Of a stretch of 64,000 bases of DNA, positions 58,701-64,000 are shown in pieces. A program made the translations under genes and the position numbers. The stretch covers positions 25,765 through 89,764 of the forward strand of contig CAVYJI010000003.1 in assembly GCA_963768805.1 (NCBI GenBank). The letters run 5' to 3'. Origin of the DNA: an uncultured Bacteroidales bacterium. Its GTDB lineage: Bacteria; Bacteroidota; Bacteroidia; Bacteroidales; FEN-979. The notes under the pieces are model-generated. The model made no database searches and was not told the DNA's origin. It saw nothing but the letters and a program-made list of their open reading frames with translations. Each line of letters starts with the position of its first letter. Within the stretch, counting starts at the first letter, position 1.

Positions 58701-58958
58701 GCACCTTATATTGAAGATGCCGGATGGGTAAGATTGAGGACTGTTACTCTTACTTATAATATTTCGAAATTCCTGAAGAAGACCTTTATCCGCCAGCTGA
58801 GTGTATTCTTCACAGGCACCAACTTATTGTTATTTGACCACTATAAGGGTGTTGATCCTGAAACAAGTCTTGCAGGTTCTCAGAATGGACAAGGTGTTGA
58901 TTACTTTAATATGCCCGGAACGAAGAGCTACACACTTGGCTTGAATGTGTCATTTTAA
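55761..58958 (+). CDS. SusC/RagA-family TonB-linked outer membrane protein
   Basis: 1065 aa with a signal peptide. It has CarbopepD_reg (ISGVVTSSEDKSPIPGVTIVVKSTTIGTTTNVDGKY), a TonB-box region (DEIVVTAIG), a plug (IRGVTSLTQNNQPLFVVDGVP...ILKGGAATALYG) and a C-terminal ..LGLNVSF. Confidence 0.93.
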   Translation: MRKFTIVLAFLLLAGLQGVLAQTRVISGVVTSSEDKSPIPGVTIVVKSTTIGTTTNVDGKYVLSVPGKYDVLTFSYVGMKTKDVKIGESNTIDLVMEPDIMNMDEIVVTAIGIPRETKALSYSVQNVSSEDIGKAAQTDMINSLQGKVSDVQVVSSSGAVGAASYIQIRGVTSLTQNNQPLFVVDGVPVAGAETGGDIEAATNNNFDGVALSNRAIDLNPDDIESVSILKGGAATALYGLRAASGAVIITTKKGKATTGKKISVNFSTSVKFDVVSQLPQLQKQYGQGTQGNWISGNKFSWGPKLDTCAYDKTNWSTYEWKDFDVDGRIVSKNAPGATSGSVNTYSPYQFFQTGLTTDNSIALSGGGDISTFYFSFSDNQTKGIIPNNTMHRNTFKISGDSKLSDHWKVSGTANYIITSANRIQQGNNTSGVMLGLLRTPPTFNNAAGYVFSSDYLLPDGSPVPSAGNERSYRHGIYYDNPYWTANENHYMDAVNRLIGSAQVDYLANKWLSFTYRIGMDWYQRKIDDDLAVGSSTQPAGWAKRGEELSKNFNSDLFMTIDKNFAKDFNVHFILGQNMSEQYFSGLYSQALGLVIPEYYDLNNTTSIASQESTSDLRRAGFYGDLTLAWKNMLYLTATGRNDWSTTLPANKNSFFYPSVGLGWIFTGLDALKDNKVLPYGKIRVSYSVTAKDAPPYATLTPYTAPAVADGWTTGLTWPFNGTNGFLLSSTLGNNQLKPEKTGNFETGIDLKFIQNRIGVSYTFFDNLTTDDILNVPIAATTGYTSVWLNAGSIRTSGHEITLDLVPIKSKNWEWDITGNWSKIDNTVKALAPGINRLYLAGFTGSEVDAVVGQPYRTIYGYDWVRDKNGNVLIGANGYPTMSSNETALGNVDPKWTAGISTTLRWKDLSLYMLVDIKHGGKMWDGTRGALDYFGVSAGTLNRGELVTFPGVMADGSKNTMKVPLDQAWYQSDGSGFVGATAPYIEDAGWVRLRTVTLTYNISKFLKKTFIRQLSVFFTGTNLLLFDHYKGVDPETSLAGSQNGQGVDYFNMPGTKSYTLGLNVSF

Positions 58959-59001
58959 ATCGGACCAAAATAAATTATAACAACAAAAAATCGAAATAAT
59001 T

Positions 59002-60438
59002 ATGAAAAATATAAGATTCAAATTCATTGGAGTTTTACTCCTCCTGGCTTTGGTCCTTGGTTCATGTAAGAAATGGATCGATACAAAAATGAACGTGAAC
59101 CCGGATGCTCCTAAAGACGTTCCGATGGCTTCGCTAGTGCCGGCCATTGAAGCCAGCATGGCTTATACCCTCATCGGCGGGAATGATTATTCCCGTGTCA
59201 CTTCTCAGTGGATGCAGTATTTCAATGGTATTGCCCGTCAGTCACAGGGTGAATCCAATTACATCTGGCACGACGGCGATGTCGACAATGTATGGAATAC
59301 TGCCTATTCACAAATCATGGAAAACCTCACGATCGTAATAAGCAAGGCTAAGTCAGCCCATGACAATATGAACATGGGTATTGCCAATGTCCTGATGGCA
59401 GAATCTCTTGGATTTGTGACCGATGTTTGGGGTGATATTCCATATTCACAGGCATTCCAGGGTCTGGCCCAGTTAAATGTACCCTTTGACAAGCAACAGG
59501 ATCTCTATCCAAAGATCCTTGCCATGCTCGATACCGCTATTGCAAGGTTTCAGGCCACTCCACAGGTTTATGAGATTGGCGACCTGCTCTATCCCAATGC
59601 AGATGGTGATCCTACAGCACAGGCAGCTGCCTGGCTTAAAGCAGCCTATAGCCTGAAAGCAAGGTATACCTTACATTTATGCAAGATTGACCCGACATCC
59701 TGGGCATCAGCTCTCACAGCAATTAACGCCGGAGCCCTTGCCAGCAACAATGACGACATGCAGTTTGGATTTGGGGCGAACGTTGGTCAGCAGAATCCTT
59801 TATTCCAGTTCATGGATCAGAGAGGAGATATCGCCATGCATAAAACATTCATGGATATGCTGGCTCAAAGGTTTGACCCCCGGCTAACAGTGTTTGCTGC
59901 TCCGGGAGTAGGGACCAACCCTTACCAGGGTGCCGATTGGGGATCCACCGGTGATTCAGCTTCTCCTCCGGGAGCTTCAGTTGCATCCCCAAGTTCATCT
60001 GTACAATTCATCGATTATACTGAAGTTCTGTTCATGAAGGCTGAATGTGAATATAAAGCCAATGATCTCGTAGATGCCAGGGCTGATCTTATCAGTGGTT
60101 TGACTGCTTCACTGAATAAATGGTTGCCTGCAACGGATACAATTATTCCACTCTACATCGCAGGGTACACTGCCTATGTGGATACATTAACCGTTTCGCT
60201 GTACAAGGAGATCATGACGCAGAAATATATTTCCCTATTCAACCAGGCAGAAACATTCAACGACTTCAGAAGGACCAATAATTTGATAGGACTTCTTCCC
60301 AATCCACTTCCATCAGCCGTGGAAAATGTGATCCCACGAAGGTATCCATATTCTCTTGGAGAGAAGAGCTATAATTCAAATACACCTCAAAATGTTGATA
60401 TGTGGCAGCGTGTCTGGTGGGATGTTGCTAAAAAATAA
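59002..60438 (+). CDS. SusD/RagB-family nutrient-binding outer membrane lipoprotein (SusD-like_2 type)
   Basis: 478 aa with a lipoprotein signal ending LVLGSC. It lies immediately downstream of SusC and has TPR-like helical content. Confidence 0.85.
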   Translation: MKNIRFKFIGVLLLLALVLGSCKKWIDTKMNVNPDAPKDVPMASLVPAIEASMAYTLIGGNDYSRVTSQWMQYFNGIARQSQGESNYIWHDGDVDNVWNTAYSQIMENLTIVISKAKSAHDNMNMGIANVLMAESLGFVTDVWGDIPYSQAFQGLAQLNVPFDKQQDLYPKILAMLDTAIARFQATPQVYEIGDLLYPNADGDPTAQAAAWLKAAYSLKARYTLHLCKIDPTSWASALTAINAGALASNNDDMQFGFGANVGQQNPLFQFMDQRGDIAMHKTFMDMLAQRFDPRLTVFAAPGVGTNPYQGADWGSTGDSASPPGASVASPSSSVQFIDYTEVLFMKAECEYKANDLVDARADLISGLTASLNKWLPATDTIIPLYIAGYTAYVDTLTVSLYKEIMTQKYISLFNQAETFNDFRRTNNLIGLLPNPLPSAVENVIPRRYPYSLGEKSYNSNTPQNVDMWQRVWWDVAKK

Positions 60439-60454
60439 ATTGTTTTAATACGTT

Positions 60455-60497
60455 AAAAAAAACCGCCCCGGTGCAATACCCAGGGCGGTTTTTTTTT
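60455..60497 (+). terminator. Rho-independent (symmetric) terminator after the SusD-like gene
   Basis: A8, then CCGCCC-(14-nt loop)-GGGCGG, then T9. Confidence 0.8.
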
Positions 60498-60512
60498 GAA
60501 CTGTATATATTA

Positions 60513-61883
60513 TCAATACTCCGGTAACTTTTTTAATGTATTTAACAATGATATGTTTGTAAAAACTCGCATGATGGGCTGAAGCCAAAAGAGAAAAGCA
60601 TCTGCTTTGTAGTTGACCAAAACCGCAAAACATGATGCTTCTCAATAAAGCTGAAAGCCTTATCAGTGCAATAATAGCAAAGATTGGCAAAACTACCAAA
60701 CCGACACAGAAATTTATCAATCACATTTTGATCCTTTTCATGGGACTTCGTGGCAAATACAACTTTATTAACATGGCCAGGTATGGTTCATATTCCGAAC
60801 AGACTTACCGGAACCAAATGAGTAAGCCACTTGACTGGGCAGAGTTCAATAAGAACCTGATTCAACAAAGCTGTTCTGATGAACTTATATTGGCATTTGA
60901 TCCTTCCTACTTGCCCAAAAGCGGAAAAAAGACAGCGCATGTTGGCCGTTTTTGGAGCGGGAAAGATCAGGCAGTTAAACCCGGGATTGAAATCGGATCG
61001 ATTGCTGTTGTTGACGTTCAAAATGGCACAGCACTCTCTTTGGAGGCTGTTCAGACGCCCAAAATTACTAAAAACGAAACCGGTGAGAGTATGGTTGATC
61101 ATTATGCCAGCGTGATTCTCGATAAGCTGCCTGAAATACAGGCGTTACATATTAAATATATGGCTGTGGATGCTTTCTTTTCGAAGAAACGATTTATCGA
61201 TGCTATCACAGGCCAATCAAAACTTGAAATTGTCGGCAGGTTACGTAATGATGCTAACCTCAGATACCGGTTTACTGGCAAACAAAATACTGGCAGAGGC
61301 CGTAAAAGGAAATATGGTAATAAGGTCGATGTTGAATATATTGACTGGAGAAAAATCCGTTTCTGTTTTGAAGAAGCTGAAGATGTACAGGTTTTTTCAG
61401 GTATTGTTTATAGTATTAGCTTTCAACGATTAATCCGGATTGTTTACGTACAAAACTATGACCAACATGGATATGCGACATCTCATGCAATCTTTTTTTC
61501 CACGGATTTGAACCTGAGTCCGGAAAAGATCCTGCAATACTATCGTCAGCGATATCAGATTGAATTCCTTTTCCGCGATGCAAAAAACTTTGCCGGACTT
61601 GAAGATTGTCAGGCACGAAGCGAAAGTAAACTTCATTTTCATGTAAATGCATCCCTGACAAGCGTGTCTCTGGCGAAGGCTTTACACTACCTGAATGTTC
61701 CAAAGGAAGAAAGGGATTCATTTTCTATGACTGATGTTAAGGTTATGTATTTCAATCAGTTTATAACAGATTTTATTTTTTCAAAGTTAGCCCTCGATAT
61801 GAGTTGCGAAAAATACAAAAGCCTCTATAAGGAGTGCCTGAATATCGGGAGGTTAGCTGCATAAGTTTTTAACGGAGTATTGA
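60513..61883 (+). mobile_element. Insertion sequence (about 1.37 kb) with imperfect terminal inverted repeats and one DDE transposase gene (IS4/IS701-like)
   Basis: The left end is TCAATACTCCGGTAA (60513..). The reverse complement of the right end is TCAATACTCCGTTAA (..61883), matching 14 of 15. A single ORF fills the element. The outer boundaries could each be about 6 nt wider (TATATT(A)TCAATACT on both ends). Confidence 0.75.
60632..61864 (+). CDS. DDE transposase (IS4/IS701-like)
   Basis: 410 aa. The C-terminal motif YRQRYQIEFLFRDAKNFAGLEDCQARS matches the Y-(2)-R-(3)-E-(6)-K signature region of IS4-type DDE transposases. The ORF ends 19 nt before the right inverted repeat end. Confidence 0.8.
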   Translation: MMLLNKAESLISAIIAKIGKTTKPTQKFINHILILFMGLRGKYNFINMARYGSYSEQTYRNQMSKPLDWAEFNKNLIQQSCSDELILAFDPSYLPKSGKKTAHVGRFWSGKDQAVKPGIEIGSIAVVDVQNGTALSLEAVQTPKITKNETGESMVDHYASVILDKLPEIQALHIKYMAVDAFFSKKRFIDAITGQSKLEIVGRLRNDANLRYRFTGKQNTGRGRKRKYGNKVDVEYIDWRKIRFCFEEAEDVQVFSGIVYSISFQRLIRIVYVQNYDQHGYATSHAIFFSTDLNLSPEKILQYYRQRYQIEFLFRDAKNFAGLEDCQARSESKLHFHVNASLTSVSLAKALHYLNVPKEERDSFSMTDVKVMYFNQFITDFIFSKLALDMSCEKYKSLYKECLNIGRLAA

Positions 61884-62127
61884 AATATAAACAAAATAAA
61901 AACAAAAAGCAAGAATTATTTTATATTCGTAAAAGTGGACAATTGGACATTCTTTCTATTATCGGAATTTTGTCATGAGGGTCATAAACAGACAACTAAA
62001 AATCACAATTCGCAATCAAAATTTCTTTGAGATAAATATCATGATTATAAATTGTTATGATATCCATTGAATCGTATGGTAAAAACACAAGAAATAGGTA
62101 GTTTGATTATGAGTTTGTGCTATTTCT

Positions 62128-64000
62128 TTAATCCTCCACGCATCTCACCGAAAACGCACTCACCTTCGTAGCCGGGTAAGCCGAAACACTCGGGTCAGGA
62201 TCATTCATGCCGTGGGCCCAGGCTTTGGTGGGACTGTGTAATGTTGATGACCAGAAGAATGTTGCAAAGCCTTTGAAATCCCAGCTTGTGTTGTAGTAGT
62301 TTGCGCCGGCTAACAAAGCATTGAATCCCGAAAAACCAGAGAATTTCAACGGACTTCCTGCAAAACCGTTGTTGGTATAAACAGCAAACAACGTATTCCA
62401 GTCGTTTTCTGTCGGGATATGCCATCCGGGTGGACAGAATCCCTGGTCGGCAGGGGTTTCGTCATATTGCATGATCTCATCCCATTGATAAAGACCGCCA
62501 AAATTTGTGCAGTTGGCAGGGTTATCACTGTAACAATATTTTTCCCAAATGCAGTTATCTCTCTGATCCTGTGTTGATACCAGTACTGTCCCGTAATTGA
62601 GATTGGATGCCATCCAGCACTGTGAACCTAAATGAACTGTCGGGTAGACTTTATTATCGCGGATATCTGTGATTGGGCTTCCGCAATTGACAATTGATAA
62701 TGGATAATTGATAATGTGGGCGTGGGCGGAGGCGCTGCACATGGCTGCGTTGGTGTAAGTGTAAGTGATTGTCTTTGTGCCTGTACCTGCAGTGGCAGGG
62801 TCAAAGAAGTCGGTGATTGGATTAACTCCCGGTCCTGAATAGGTTCCGCCCAATGGGATACCGCCTTTTAGCTTTATCGGCTTGGCATTGACTGCTGTGC
62901 TAGTATCAAAGCACGGGGTGAAGGTGACTACGGAGGCAAGGGTCCCACTCATGATGATCTCAGAAGAGCTTGCGGGATTTCCGGTTACACAAGAAAGATT
63001 CGAGGTCATCACACAGCGAACACTGTCATTATTGGTTGGGTTATAGGTGAATGTGGGTGAGTTTGAACCTGCATTGACTCCATTTACTTTCCATTGGTAG
63101 ACAGGCGCTGGTCCCCCATTTGTTGGTGTAGCAGTAAAAGTAACTGATGATCCGGGACAAAAAGGATTAGATGATGCAGCAATTGTAACTCCTGCCGGAA
63201 GATTAGAATTCACAACCATAGTGATGGAATTCGATGTTGAAGGGTTCCCTGTGGTACAACTTAGTGATGAGGTCAGGATACAGGTTACAATATCTCCTCC
63301 CGAAGGATTGTAAGTATAGGTTGAAGCCCCGGGTCCGACATTTACACTATTTACCTGCCACTGGTAAGAAGGTGTGGCGCCTCCATTGGCCGGAGTAGCA
63401 GTGAATGTAATGGAAGATCCCTGGCAGAAAGGATTTGAGGATGCGGTAATTGATATACCGACAGGAAGGTTGGGATTAACAGTCATTGTAACAGCATTGC
63501 TGGTAGCCGGGTTTCCGGTTGGACATAATGCATTTGAGGTCAGTATACAGGTTATTACATCTCCATTGTTTGGGATATATGAATATATTGGGTTATTTGT
63601 CCCAACATTTACACTATTGACTTTCCATTGATAAGATGGAGATAAACCACCATTGGTGGGAGTTGCCGTAAAGGTGACTGTGGTTCCCACACAAACCGGA
63701 TTCTGTGATGGTGTTATCGTGACACTTACCGGCTGACTTGGATTCACCGTCATGGTTACTGCATTTGAGGTAGCCGGATTGTTTGATATGCATACTGTAA
63801 TTGAAGAAGTAAGAACACAGGTTACAATATCATTATTTACAGGAGTATATGTGAAAGTATTGGAATTGGTTCCCGAATTGATCCCGTTAACTTTCCATTG
63901 ATATGAAGGACTTAATCCCCCGTTTGTTGGCACAGCAATAAAAGTTACTGATGTTCCCGCACAAACATTATTCTGTGAAGCTGAGATGCTAACGCTGACC
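62128..64000 (-). CDS. Large repeat protein: at least 4.5 tandem ~90-aa Ig/PKD-like repeats plus a C-terminal Fibrobacter succinogenes major paralogous (FISUMP) domain; the 5' end is off the window
   Basis: The frame stays open from 63933 to 64000 (my translation: ..VSVSISASQNNVCAGTSVTFIAVPTNGG..). The repeats carry TATPTNGG.SPSYQWKVN..N.G....TY.P...D.V.C.LTS...C..GNPA.SN. The C-terminus NKVYPTVHLGSQCWMASNLNYG...GGLYQWDE...CPPGWHIPTENDW...FWSST...AFSVRCVED matches the FISUMP pattern. Confidence 0.85.
   Translation of the reverse strand, partial: VSVSISASQNNVCAGTSVTFIAVPTNGGLSPSYQWKVNGINSGTNSNTFTYTPVNNDIVTCVLTSSITVCISNNPATSNAVTMTVNPSQPVSVTITPSQNPVCVGTTVTFTATPTNGGLSPSYQWKVNSVNVGTNNPIYSYIPNNGDVITCILTSNALCPTGNPATSNAVTMTVNPNLPVGISITASSNPFCQGSSITFTATPANGGATPSYQWQVNSVNVGPGASTYTYNPSGGDIVTCILTSSLSCTTGNPSTSNSITMVVNSNLPAGVTIAASSNPFCPGSSVTFTATPTNGGPAPVYQWKVNGVNAGSNSPTFTYNPTNNDSVRCVMTSNLSCVTGNPASSSEIIMSGTLASVVTFTPCFDTSTAVNAKPIKLKGGIPLGGTYSGPGVNPITDFFDPATAGTGTKTITYTYTNAAMCSASAHAHIINYPLSIVNCGSPITDIRDNKVYPTVHLGSQCWMASNLNYGTVLVSTQDQRDNCIWEKYCYSDNPANCTNFGGLYQWDEIMQYDETPADQGFCPPGWHIPTENDWNTLFAVYTNNGFAGSPLKFSGFSGFNALLAGANYYNTSWDFKGFATFFWSSTLHSPTKAWAHGMNDPDPSVSAYPATKVSAFSVRCVED

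Noticed and set aside
60445-60724. Two minus-strand ORFs (60445..60720, 60542..60724) at the left end of the IS
   Set aside because: They overlap the terminator, the left inverted repeat and the transposase start in antisense. They have no motif support, and the IS architecture is explained by the single plus-strand transposase.

Overview
The window looks like chromosomal DNA from a Bacteroidota genome. The evidence is SusC/SusD pairs, several T9SS C-terminal sorting domains, TAnnTTTG '-7' promoter boxes close to start codons, and no Shine-Dalgarno signals. Most of it is densely packed housekeeping. This includes an nusA-infB unit, purA-fur, a long RelA/SpoT enzyme, lepA, phoH, purC, cinA, rpmB, rocD, a UbiD-family decarboxylase, ccmBCDE, an LptF/G permease with two glycosyltransferases, ettA and hisS. 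I found no rRNA, tRNA or CRISPR and no recognisable defence system. Seven things are unusual. (1) A modular stacked-hairpin repeat family has 3 copies. A 20-bp perfect palindrome is nested in it 0, 1 or 2 times, and one copy supplies the stop codon of a tetR gene. (2) Two 8-bp-period tandem arrays (24 and 20 units) bracket a small basic ORF just upstream of nusA, where I would expect rimP. (3) Short-period degenerate tandem tracts (7, 8 and 11 bp) recur in many spacers, and some run into gene 3' ends. (4) Three tandem Asp-box/T9SS secreted paralogs are spaced at exactly 2360 bp for the first two, with mosaic identity. (5) The ccm cluster encodes a CxxxY (Cys-type) CcmE and a 48-aa CcmD-like ORF absent from the ORF track. 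(6) An orphan MIO-family ammonia-lyase/aminomutase homologue has Ala-Cys-Gly in place of the Ala-Ser-Gly MIO triad, followed by twin small membrane proteins. (7) An IS element with terminal inverted repeats sits beside a minimal SusC/SusD pair, next to a repeat-rich FISUMP-domain protein. All functional calls rest on reading the translated ORFs and recalling family motifs; no database search was possible.
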